Part shown: one piece after another, positions 38,557-50,364 of the stretch | Position numbering within the stretch: position 1 is the stretch's first letter | Layout: each line of letters starts with the position of its first letter | Assembly (NCBI GenBank): GCA_000004695.1 | Contig: CM000152.2 | Location: 2,304,001-2,368,000, forward strand | DNA from: Dictyostelium discoideum | Lineage: Eukaryota | Length of the DNA: 64,000 nucleotides | Reading direction: 5' to 3' | Position numbers and translations under genes: made by a program | The notes under the pieces: generated by a model | Databases searched by the model: none | Told to the model about the DNA's origin: nothing | What the model saw: the letters and a program-made list of their open reading frames with translations, nothing else

Positions 38557-39458
38557 TTCTCTTTAAATATTTTTGATTTTTTTTTACAGAAAAAAATTAT
38601 TATTATAAATAAATTATTAAAAGTTTTTATTGGAGGGTTTTATATTTTTTTGAAATTGGTTGATAATTTCCTTTTTTTTTTTGTTTTTTTTTTATAAGTG
38701 GATTTATAATAAATTCTTTTTTTTTTTTGTAATCTTTAGATTTTTATTTTTAATCTATAAAAATATAAAATTTTTAAAATTTTATTTAAAATTATTTAAA
38801 ATTATATACAGGCGGCTAAATAAAAAAAAATTTCGGTTCATTTTATTATTAATAGTATATGCAATTTTTTTTTTTTTAAAGATAATTACTATTTGTGAAT
38901 TAAATGATTATTTGACCAGTATATAACTCCGGAGAGTTTTGGTATTTCAACTGTCGGGCTTTGATTTTCTTTGTTTTTTTTTTTTTTTTAAATGACCAAT
39001 TTTTATTAATATTTTAATTTTAAATCTCCAAATAAAAAAAAAAAATTTTCTTCTTTTTATAGTAAATGTTTTTTTTATAATTCGAATTTTTTCCATTAAT
39101 TATATAATTTGTTGGGTTATCAATTTATTAATAAAAACAACAACCGAAACACTGACAATGAAAACAAAAAAAATGAATGAAGAGGGGGACTTGTTGTGTA
39201 AAGATAAATAAATATTGAAGTTGTAATAAAAGCCGAAGAAATTAATTTCAAACTTTGGAAATTAAGTTTTTATATATTTTTATACAATTTTAAATTTAAA
39301 GAACTATTATTTATTATTATTATTTATTATTATTTATTATTATTTATTATTATTATTATTTATTATTATTATTTATAACATTGGAATCATACAATTTTCT
39401 ATTTTTTTTTTTTTTTTTTTTTTATTTATTCATTTTTATTTTTTATTTTATTTTATTT

Positions 39459-40670
39459 TTAAGCTTGTTTACTTGGTTTATCAGCACCATTAAAGGCGTT
39501 TTGTTCTTTTTCTTTACCTTTATCAGCAACACTTGGTGAAGTAGCAGTAGTTGGTGGAGTGCTATTGATTATATCAGCCTTCTTTTCAGCCTCTCTATTT
39601 GCAGTTTTATTGATAATAAGATTATGAAGAGCTATAATGGATCTAATCATTGAGGATAAATAAATGACAGACATTGTATCATTATTTTGTACAGCAAAAG
39701 ATTTTGAAATTTCATTTGCATTTAAGTTTGGTGAAAGATTAATAATATCTTGAATATATCCAATAATTTGATGATTTGGTGGTAATGTACTATAAATTTT
39801 TTTTAAAAAAAAAAAAAAGAAGTATATTAGTATTAATTAAGGGTAAGAAGATTAAGGATCATTATTACTATTATTATTTTATTAATATTGATTTGATAAA
39901 ATACCCATCACAAACTAATTTTAAATAATGTTGCATTTCTTGAAGATTTGTTAAAAGATGTTTTAATGAAATCTTTTTATCAGTAATTTGAGTAGTTAAT
40001 GATGAAATTGAAGAATCTTTAACATCTCTTAAAAGATGTTCAATACAAATTTCCTCTGCCTCAACTGCATCAATTGATGATGGAATATGTTGGAATCTCA
40101 TTGTTGATTCTGATGTATCCTATTTAAATTTTGAAAAATTAATAAAAAAATAAAAAATAAAGATTATTATTATTTATTATTTATTATTTATTATTATTTA
40201 TTTTTTATTATTATTATTATTATTAATGTTATAATTACTTTATTAATTTCTTCAACAGTAACATAGGATTTTGTTGGAATACCTAATTCTTTTGGTGCGA
40301 CATCAATGATGACCATAACTGGATTTGGAGTGTATCTTCTGAATAATTCATTAATATCTTGATCAGCTGGTCTAATCTTTGGTCCAGTACTGTACCAACC
40401 AACTACATTTTCACGTGCATTAATTTTTTTAAACATTGCAAACATGTTTTCATGGAAATTGTGATCTAAAAACCAAATGTTTGGATTGGCTTCATCCTCT
40501 TCGAATGGAAGACCATAACAATTTGATACATCTACAACACCTTTATTATTTGATCCTAATAATGCACCTACTACTCTCTTGTTGGTATCCTTTGCAACTC
40601 TATTATAATGATCTACAACACTTAAAAGTACTGTTGGATGTACAATTGTTGATGTTGGAAATGTTGACAT
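39459..40670 (-). CDS. psmD7: 26S proteasome regulatory subunit Rpn8 / PSMD7 (MPN domain); model complement(join(39459..39789,39905..40119,40239..40670)), about 325 aa
   Basis: Exon 1 ([16 protein letters not shown]...RVVGALLGS...[33 protein letters not shown]...VMVIIDV) aligns closely with human PSMD7. Junctions are GTAATT / AATTTAAATAG (phase 0), GTATTT / TTTATAG (phase 2, giving [17 protein letters not shown]). The C-terminal Lys/Glu-rich tail is as in PSMD7. Confidence 0.85.
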
Positions 40671-41292
40671 TATTATATAAGTTTTATTTGTATATTGTTT
40701 TTTTAAGGGTATATTTAAAATATATGTATGTGTGTATGTATGTATGTGTGATGATCAATAAAAAAAAATTAAAAAATTAAAAAAAAAAAAAAATAAAAAA
40801 TTGAAAAAAAATTATTGTGAACTTAAAAAAATTTAATTAAAAATTAAAATTAAAAAAAAAAAAAATTAAAAAAAAAAAAAAAAAAAAAATTAAAAATAAA
40901 AAAAAAAATAAAAAAAGGAAATAATATTACAGGTTATTTTTTTATTTTTTCTTTTTTAATTCTATTTTATTATAAATTTCATTGTATTTTATATATATAT
41001 GTATATATCACTTTGTTTTTTTTTATTTTTACTTTTTTTTTTTTTTTTTTTTTTTTTAATTTTAATTTTTTAATTTTTTTTTTTTTTTTTTTTTTTTTTT
41101 GAAATTCTGTGGCACACAAAAAAAAAAAATATATATTAAAAGCAATTAAACAAATAAATAAACAAATAAATAATCAAACAAATAAATAATCAAAAAAATA
41201 GGATAGTATTTTTTTATTATCTATTATTCCCTAATTAATTAATAAAATAAATAAAAAATAAAAAATAAAAAATAAAATAAAATAAAATAAAA

Positions 41293-42516
41293 ATGTCACT
41301 TTTATGCGCATATAGCGACAGTGAAGGTGAAGAAGAAGAAGAAGAAGAAAAAAAAATCAACATTAAGGGAGATAATGAAAATTTTAAACAAGAAAAAGAA
41401 GAAGCAGATGAAGATGATAAATTATCAATTTTAAAAGTTACTGAAAAACCATATGGATTATTAGTTACTGAAGAAACAACATCTATTGATGAAACTGGTA
41501 AAGGTGAAGATTATAATTATAAAGATGAAGATCAAAATGATAATAGTAACAACAACAATAATCATAGTAATAGTAATAATAGTAACAATGAAAATAATGA
41601 TGAAATGTCATATCAAATAGCAGATACAGAAAGTGATAAATTAAATCATTGTCATACAATAATTCATACAATAATAGAGAATAAAGAATATCAACCTAAA
41701 GAACTACAAGAACCTGACACACCATCTAGATTACAATCACCAGCATATGTATCAACACCACCACATTCAAAAGATCCATACTTTCATAACCTTTCACCAA
41801 AAATTTCAATAATAACGGCAGATACAATTTTAAAAAGTAAAATAAAACAAAATATTGATACTTCATTTATCCCAGAAGCACCAAAAGATAGTCAAGTTGA
41901 TTTTGGACTTAAAGAGAAAATCATTAGATATCATAAAATGAAACAAGATGGTATAAGTATAAATCAAGCATTAAGAAACTCTTCATCATTTAAAAATCCC
42001 TCAGTAATTGAAAAGTTAATATCATTTTGTGAAATCGATGAATTAGGTTCAAATTATCCTCTCTCACAATTTAATCCCCATTCCTACCCTCTTGATGATT
42101 ATTATAAACCATTAAATGAGAAACAAAGGAAAATGGATGAAAAAAGAGAATTTGAAAGAATTAATAGAATGAAAATAGATTTTGTACAAAGTGAAATAAA
42201 TAATAATAATAATAGTATTAATAATAATAATATTAATAGTAATAATAATAATAATAATATAGCGAATCCTACACCCTCTATTCCAACCAATACAGCACCA
42301 AAAAGTAATTATTACTTTTATTCCAACTTTTTTTTTGGAATTAAAAAAAAAAAAAAAAAAAAAAAAATCTTATACTAATTATTTATTTTTTTATTATTGT
42401 AACCGTCAATTTTTATTTTTATTATTAATTTTTATTTTATTTTTATCTTATTTATTATAATATTACCACTTTTTTTATTTTAATACCAAAAATCCAATTT
42501 TTTTTTTTGGATCTTT

Positions 42517-42547
<31 letters not shown>

Positions 42548-42834
42548 CAATCTAAAATCTATATAGAAAAATATAATAAATGGGAAAAGGAAAAGCACAA
42601 GCAAAAACAATTACAACAACAAAAATCAAAAGCAACCTTTATATCAGCCGCCCCCTCAATAGCGTAAGTTTTTTTTTTTCCAAAATATCTAAACAAATTA
42701 TTAATTTAATATTTTATTTCAATCTATTTAATAGAAAAAAAAGGGAAAATCCAACTCCAACTAATACCACAACAACTTCAGTTATAAATAAAAGTGAAAG
42801 TTTGATGAAACGATTTAGGACAAATGGTTTCTAA
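41293..42834 (+). CDS. HCNGP-like / SAP30-binding-protein-like protein; model join(41293..42304,42567..42663,42735..42834), about 402 aa
   Basis: The HCNGP signature region RNSSSFKNPSVIEKLISFCEIDELGSNYP matches the FRNP...EKLI...IDE.GTN.P core. The track ORF reads through a GTAATT donor at 42305 into poly(A). Splicing via ATATAG (42566) into KYNKWEKEKHKQKQLQQQKSKATFISAAPSI, then GTAAGT (42664) / TTTAATAG (42734) into a short Thr-rich terminal exon, keeps frame (phases 1 and 2). The basic-region resemblance to SAP30BP rests on uncertain recall. Confidence 0.6.
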
Positions 42835-43353
42835 AAAAAAAAAAAAAACCCCTTTCTTACTTTCTTATTTTCATTTTTTTTTTTTTTTTTTAATTTTTTT
42901 TATTTTTTTTATTTTTTTTATTTTATTTTAAAATTTAATTATTAGAACATTTTCGATATCTTGTCAACTTCCATTTATGTTTAAAGAGTTTATTTTTATT
43001 TTTTTTTAATTTTAAAATTTTTTTTTTTATTTTTTTTTTTTTTTAATTTTTTTATTTTTTAATTTTTTTTTTTTAATAAAATAGGTTATTTTTATTTTTA
43101 TTTTATTTTTAACCTTATAACTTAATTTCGAATTACTGTAACATTATAATTTTTTTTTTTATATTTTTAACAAAAAATAAAAATTAAAATAAAAAAAAAA
43201 AAAAAAAAAAAAGTCAAAAAAAAAAAACATTATTTTTTTTTTTTTTCAAAATAATTTAAACTAAATAAACACACGCACCCCACGCAATACACATACTACT
43301 TATAAACTTTTCATATTATTTTTTAAAAAAAAAAAGAAAAAAACAAGATAAAA

Positions 43354-44655
43354 ATGTTAAAGTCAACACAATTTGCACTTTCAAGTATGGCAAACATTCA
43401 AAACCCAAGAGTTCTTCAACCAGTTCAATTGGTTCTTCATGGCAATCAATATTTAAAAGATTTATCATCAAATTCTCTTAAAAATGATTTTGCAAGTAAG
43501 TATTAATATTAATTTTTTTTTTATACTGTTTCTATTATTGTTGTTGTTGTTGTTGTTTTCATATGTCCACATTTGCATATGCAAATTCACTAACATTTTT
43601 TTTTATTTTTTTTTCAAATTTCCTTTTTTTAATTTTTTTTTAATTTTTTTTTTTTTTTTCCCAAATTTAATTAAAAAAAAAAAAAAAATAGAGAGATCAC
43701 TTGAATCTTTTAATATATCATTAAATGAACCAAATACAAATAGTAATAGAGTTATGAATGCAAAGGATTGGATTCATTCTCTTCATAGTAAGGGTGCATT
43801 ATCTTTATCATTATCAAGAAGTTCAAATAAAAAACAGAATACACATAACAATAGTTTATTATATTCAACTTGCACTCCATTACAAACCCAAAATACAGAA
43901 TCTGAATTTGTCATTGTCTCAAGTGAAATCAGTAAAGCATGGCAATTTGGTAGGGATGAAAATAATGAATCTTTTCCATTATTATCACCTTCAGCAATTA
44001 ATAGTCCACAACAAATGGAAGAGCATTTAGTTTGGAGAAAAATTATGGTATTTATTTTTTATTTTATTTTATTTTATTTTAAAAATAAGATTTACTAATT
44101 TTTATTTATTTATTTATTTATTTTACTTTTTTTAAATAGCTTGGTGAAATTAGGGAAAGAATTAGAGAAGCAGTTGAAAGAATGCGTGATTTTACAATTT
44201 TAAATTTCCATAAGATGGAATTACCTGAACAACAGAAAATTAACTTTTTAAATCAACTTACAGAAGCAGAGAAATTTTTACATATGGATGTTATGGTTAC
44301 AACTCCTAAAGATATCGAATTCTTATTTAATTATTTATCTCTTCCATATTCTCCAAAAAACTCACAATCTAGAGTTGCTTTACAGGTATGTTTCTTTAAT
44401 TATTATTATTATTATTATTATTTTAAACAAAAAAAAAAAAAAAAAAAAAAAAATCTTTTACTAAAATAAATGATTTTTTTTTTTAAAAATTTATAGATTT
44501 TAAATGCTGCATTTAGTGCATATATTTTTGATAAAACCACAAAAATTACAGATCCAAAATTAAATGAAGACTTTAAAAAGCTTGTTATAGAGTTGTATGA
44601 CTCTGTTTTAGATTCTGTCATTTGCTCCACCAACAACTATAACTCAGAATATTAA
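43354..44655 (+). CDS. hypothetical conserved-looking protein, 4 exons; model join(43354..43495,43692..44047,44140..44385,44497..44655), about 300 aa
   Basis: ATG at 43354, with every junction carrying canonical signals and consistent phase: GTAAGT 43496 / AATAG 43691 (phase 1), GTATTT 44048 / AAATAG 44139 (phase 0), GTATGT 44386 / TTATAG 44496 (phase 0). The product (..LGEIRERIREAVERMRDFTILNFHKMELPEQQKINFLNQLTEAEKFLHMDVMVTTPKDIEF..) is non-repetitive but matched no family recognisable by eye. Confidence 0.5.
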
Positions 44656-45668
44656 TTAATATTGTGGAAAAAAAAAAAATTTTATTTAATCACTTTTTTT
44701 TCTTTTTTTTTTTTTATGGATGATGGAGAAAGAGATCATATAATATAACGTTGTAAATAATTAAAATAGTACCAATAAAAAATATAAAAAAAAAAAAAAA
44801 AAAAAAAAAACATTTTAAAAACTTATTTCTTTTTTTTAAATTTTAATTATTTATTTTTTTTCCTTTCATTTTTTTTTATATTTTTTATATTCCCAATGTA
44901 TATGAGGTTTTTAGTTTTATCTAAACAAAAATAAAAAAATAAAAAAAATAAAAAAAGTGTTCAGATAAAACCAAAATAAAATATAAAAAAAATGAAAATG
45001 GAAATAAACAAATAAACTCTTTTTAGAAAATTATTACAACTCAATTTTGGTGTGTATTATAAAAAAAAAAAAAAGAAAAGTAAAAAAATATTAAAAAAAA
45101 AAATTGTATAAATATAAACAATTAACAGAATAAAAAAAAAAAAAAATTAAAAATAGGAAATAAAAACAATAAATAAAAAGTAATTAAAAAGTATTAAAAC
45201 AAAAAGATAATAAATAAAACAAATTTAAAATTAAGATAGGCTATAAAATGAAATAATATAAAAATAAATATGAAACTTAAAATTGATTTCAAAACAATTT
45301 CAGTGAAAAACAAATGGTTTGTTGTATAAAAACAAAAAAAAAATACAAAAAAAAGTTGGATAAAACTTTATAAAAAACAAATTGTTTCCACAAATATTAA
45401 AAAAAAAAAAAAAAATAATAATAATAATAATAAAGTAGAAATACAAAAAAAAAAAAAAAAAAAAATTGGTTTTAAATTTTAATGATCTCAGGATCTATTG
45501 TTGGCTATTAAATTTATTAAATTAGGCAACAATTTTTTTTTTTTTTTTTTTTTTTTTGTTTTTTTTTTTTTTTTTTTTTCTTGTTTTTTTTTAATATATA
45601 AGAAAGAAAAGAAAAAATAGTATTTAGATGTAGAAACTATTTTACTTTCTTGACAAACAGGTTGTCAA

Positions 45669-45699
<31 letters not shown>

Positions 45700-46406
45700 A
45701 ACATGCAATAATTATTAACTGGTGGTGGATTTATTATATTTTATTTTTTTATTTTTTATTTTTTTTAATATATGAACATATATTAATTATACACAATCCA
45801 TTGATTGGTTATTTATGATAAACAGGCTCCACTAGTATTAGTGTTAAAGTTTTTAGGTTTAAAGTTTTTTTTTTTTTTTTTTTGTTTTTGGGTTATTTGG
45901 ATTGAATTTTGGTTGTATCTTTTTTTTATTTTCATAATTTTTTTTTGGGTTTTGGTTATTTGGATTGAATTTTGGTTGTATCTTTTTTTTTTTTTTTTTA
46001 TAATTTTTTTTTTTTTTTTTTTTTTTTGATAATAAAAAAGGAATTGGACAATGGTGATTAAGTTTTTTTTTCTTGATGTTTTAATAATGATCAAAAAAAA
46101 AAAATAAAAAAAATAAAAAAAAATAAACAAAACCAAGAAAATAACGAAGAATAAATAAGGGTAAACAAAAAATATAAAAATAAAAAAAAAACAGGAAAAA
46201 AAAACAGAAAAAATGAAAATATGGAATTGGAAATGAAATGTTTGAAATATTTTTAAAAATGGTACAATACAAAATAAAAATTGGAAATTGAAAAAACATA
46301 TATAACAAAAAAAAAAAAAGGAAATTGAAAAGATGTGGGTGATTAGATAACAGGTATGGTCATATTGGATGGTGAAAAACTGAATTTTACACCACACTTA
46401 CTTAAA

Positions 46407-46584
46407 TTAATGTCTGTTTCTTTTGTTATCATTTTGGTGGTGAGTGTTGTGTGTGCCATGTGCATTGTATGATTGATTATACATTCCTGAAGTATCGTAT
46501 GTACGTTTGGCACCTACTTGTGTTGAAGGATCACTAGTTGGTGCCTGGAAACTTGCGTAATATGCTGAAATATCTTGCTACAAT

Positions 46585-46647
<63 letters not shown>

Positions 46648-48436
46648 AGTACCTTTTAAAAAAAATAAAATAAACAAAATAAAACCATAATTCTTACTGG
46701 TGAATAACCTGGGAATAATTGCTAAAAAGGAAATATAAAAAAAAAAAAAAAAAAAAAAAAAGGATTATTAATAACAAAGAATAAGAAAAAAAAAAAAAAA
46801 AAAAAGATTTAAAAAAAAAAAAAAAAAGATAAAAAACATACATGTTGTTGAGCATAATAAGTCCATGCAGCAGTTTGTTCTGGTGTAAAATAACCTTGCC
46901 AATTGGCAGCTGATTGATGCGAAAAATTATTTTGGTTAGTTGCACTGGCTGTATTTGGTGAAATAGTTGATTGAGCACCAGTTTGTTTATTACTGTTAGC
47001 ATTATTCATTTGACCATAAAAGCCTTGCATTTGTTGAGATTGTTGTTGTTGTGCTTGTTGTTGAGATTGTTGTTGTGCTTGTTGCTGAGCTTGTTGTTGC
47101 TGCTGTTGTTGAGCTTGCTGTTGTTGCTGTTGTTGTTGTTGAAGTTGTTGAATTTGTTGTTGTTTTTGTAATGCCTCTTGTTGTTTTCTTTGTCTTTCTT
47201 GTTGTTGTTGTTGCTGTTGTTGTTGTTGCTGTTGTTGTTGTTGTTGTCTAAGTAATGCTTCTCTCTGCTGTTTTTCTCTTTGTACTTGTTGTTGAGCTTG
47301 TTGTTGAGCTTGAACCACCTTTTGTTGAGCAGCTCTAATCAATGATTCTTGACCTTTCAATTTTTGTTCCATCAATTGAATTTGGACTTGAGCCGATGCC
47401 AATTGTTGAGCTTGTAAATTTGCTTGTTGATTTATGAGTGGGTTATTATTTGATTGTGGTACGCTCATTGAGTTAACTTGTGGATAACCTTGTTGAGATT
47501 GCATTGGTAGATTCATATGTGGTGGAGGTGGTGGTGGATAGAAAGCACCTTGATTTCTTTGGTGCTCATTGTAGTGTTGATGTTGCATTTGTGAGAATTG
47601 GTGTTGCATTTGTGAACCATAACCACTTTGGTGGAGCATTGGTCCATGATGTGGTGGAGGACCATATGGTTGATGATGCATTGGTCCACCTCTCTCCATT
47701 GCGATTGGACCTGAACCATTTACGCCGCCTACTCCTCTACCACCTCTACCACCTTGATAGATACCAGAATGATCACCAGGATAACCACCTACTCCTCTAC
47801 CACCTCTAAAACCGCCACCTACACTACCGATACCAAAGTGTTGACTATTTGGTGGAGGTACACCCATACTACCCCTACCTCTACCTCTACCTCTAAATGG
47901 GGAAGAAGAGGGTACAGATTCATGACTTCTACCTGATTGTTGTGATGGTGGTTTTACTAAAGAATGACCCGGCTTTGAAGGGTTTGCAAAGTTTACTCTA
48001 ATTTTATAACCTTTCAAATCCTTTTCATTCATCATTCTTTGAGCCTTCTCGGCATCTTCAACATTGTTATAATCTATAAATGCAAAGCCTCTTGGTTGGC
48101 CATAATAATTTGGTACAACATTACAATCTTTAATCTTTCCAAATGGTGAAAATACCTTTCTCAAGATTGGTACATCTGCAAATGAACGTGGTAAACGATC
48201 GACAAATATAGTTTTACTATGCATTGATTCCATTGTATTACAATTTTCTGCCCAATCAACTCTAAGAGTACGACGATTAAATACAATAGATCCTAATGAT
48301 GATTTTGCTGTACTTGCTTGTAATTTAGTTCTATAATCTATAAATGCATATCCTTTATTTTCACCAGTTCTTCTATTTTTAATTAACTATTTATATATAA
48401 TAAAAAAATAAAAAAAAAAAATAAAAAAAAGTTAAT

Positions 48437-48493
<57 letters not shown>

Positions 48494-49794
48494 TTTATAC
48501 TTACAATAATTCTATCAATTGTACCATGTTTTTCAAACATTTTTTTTAATTGTTCTTTACCAACATCATTACCAAGATTACCAACGAATAATAAAGAGTC
48601 AGCTAAAGGTATATCAGTAATTGAGAGAGTACAATTCTTTAATTTTGAATTATTTAATTTCTCTTTGGCAATGGTATGATTTTCCATTTGAACAATTGCA
48701 AAGTCTTTCTTTGAACCTTCATAGGTTATGGTGTGTACTTTACCAACCTCATTGAGGGCTTCCTCTAATTCTTTCTCTGTGAGTGAATCGTTTAAACCAG
48801 TGATTTTAATGGATGGTATTTTTTTGAATGAACCCTCCATCTCTGCTATAGATTGTTGAATCTTTGTTTTATCCAATGAGTCTTCTCTCTTCTTTTCAGA
48901 GGACATCTTTTCTGTTACTGCCTTTTCTGCCTCTTGGATTGCTTTATCGACAATGGATGAATCAACATCTAAAGAATTCAAATCTTGTTTATTTTCATCG
49001 GCTGTAGGTGTACTTGTTGTTGTTGTTGATGTTGTTGTTGAGGTTGAGGTCGAGGTTTTAGATTCACCATTATTGTTTACATCTTCATCTTCATCGTCAG
49101 AATATTGGTTATTATGATTATTATCATCACTACCAAGTAATTCTTCAACAAGATCTTGATCTTCATCACCATTACTATTACCATTACCATTTGTATTAGT
49201 ATTGGTATTAGTATTAGTGTGAGTATTATTATCACTTTCAGTGGTTGTTGAAGATGTTGTATTTGTATTTATATTTGTATTTTCATTTTCATTTGTATTT
49301 GTATTTTCATTTGTATTTGTATTTTCATTTGTTAAAGAAGAAGAAGAAGAAGAGGAGGAATTTTCCTTTGTTTCTTTAGTTGGTGTTGTTGGTTGCTCTG
49401 TTGTTACAGTGGAAGTTGAGGTTGTGGCTGTGGTTGGTGTTGTAATTATTGGTGGTGTTGTGGATGGAGGTGTTGTAGTATTATCAACACCATTTGTTGC
49501 TGTAGTTTCTTCTTTTTTTGTTGTTGTTGTTGCTGCTGATTGTTCTTCAGTTTTACCATTTGTAGGTGTTGTATCTGTTGTAGTAGTTGTAGTTGTAGTA
49601 GTTGCAGTTTCTTCATCGTTTATTTCTTCTTCATCACCACCAGATGTTTCAAGTTCTTTAAATTGTTGTAATCTTTTAATTAAGGCAGGTTTAGCTCCTG
49701 TCACCGGTAAACCCCTTGCTTGAAGTAATGCTTTCAAAGCTACAACTGTTAATGAATTTAAATCATCTGGTATTTCAGCTGTTGCACTTGACAT
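46407..49794 (-). CDS. SAP-domain + two RRM + RGG/Gly-rich + polyQ RNA-binding protein; model complement(join(46407..46577,[optional 46697..46720],46842..48386,48505..49794)), about 1000 aa
   Basis: SAP motif near the N-terminus (LNSLTVVALKALLQARGLPVTGAKPALIKRLQQ). RRM1 is split by a 118-nt intron, LFVGNLGNDVGKEQLKKMFEKHGTIDRII | LIKNRRTGENKGYAFIDY, with GTAAGT at 48504 and AAATAG at 48387. RRM2 is FVDRLPRSF...RGFAFIDY, followed by RGRGRG/GGRGG repeats and a long polyQ coiled region. The track ORF reads through a GTATGT donor at 46841. A strong poly(T)-ATTGTAG acceptor at 46578 opens a terminal exon QDISAYYASFQAPTSDPST...NKRNRH stop. A 24-nt in-frame candidate micro-exon (TTTTAG-caattattcccaggttattcacca-GTAAGA, QLFPGYSP) lies between them. 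Confidence 0.7.
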
Positions 49795-50364
49795 TCTCTT
49801 ATTTTTATTGGTTTATATTGTTTTTGTGGTTTTTTTTTTTTTTTGTTTTTTTTTTTTGTGGTTTTTTTTTTTTTTTTTGTTCAAATATATATATTATATG
49901 TACAAAATTTATATATAAATGTGGTGGGGTTGTAAGTTAATTTCAAAAAAATAAAAAAAATGAAAAAAAAAAAAAAAAAATTTTTAAGAATTATAAAAAA
50001 ATTTCCAAAAAAAAAAAAAAAAAAAAAAAAAAAATTATTCTGAAATTAAAATTAAATTTTTTCTTTTTTCAGCTAAAAATATATATATGAATATATTTTG
50101 AGGATATAAGTTTTTTATTTTTATATTATATATTTATTTATTTATTTATTTATTTTATTTAATTATTTAATTATTTAATTTTGTTTTTATTATTTTTATT
50201 TTATTTTATTTTTTTTTTATATGTACTTATTATTTTTTATTTTTATTTTTTTTTTATTTTTTTTTTTTTTTGTCACAAACAAATGAAATTTTACAAAATT
50301 AAAAAAAAAAAAATTTTCAAAGTCCGCTGTTGATAAAAAAATAAAAGAAAAAAAAGAACACAAG

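Noticed and set aside
47051-47809. Plus-strand ORFs 46971..47171, 47051..47251, 47480..47809, 47754..47936 (poly-L/poly-V etc.) inside the SAP-RRM gene
   Set aside because: Antisense of the polyQ (CAA/CAG) and Gly/Arg-rich coding repeats; low complexity only.
49241-49940. Plus-strand ORFs 49241..49723 and 49716..49940
   Set aside because: Antisense of the Thr/Ser/Glu-rich repetitive N-terminal half of the SAP-RRM gene, or spacer poly(T); no features of a real gene.
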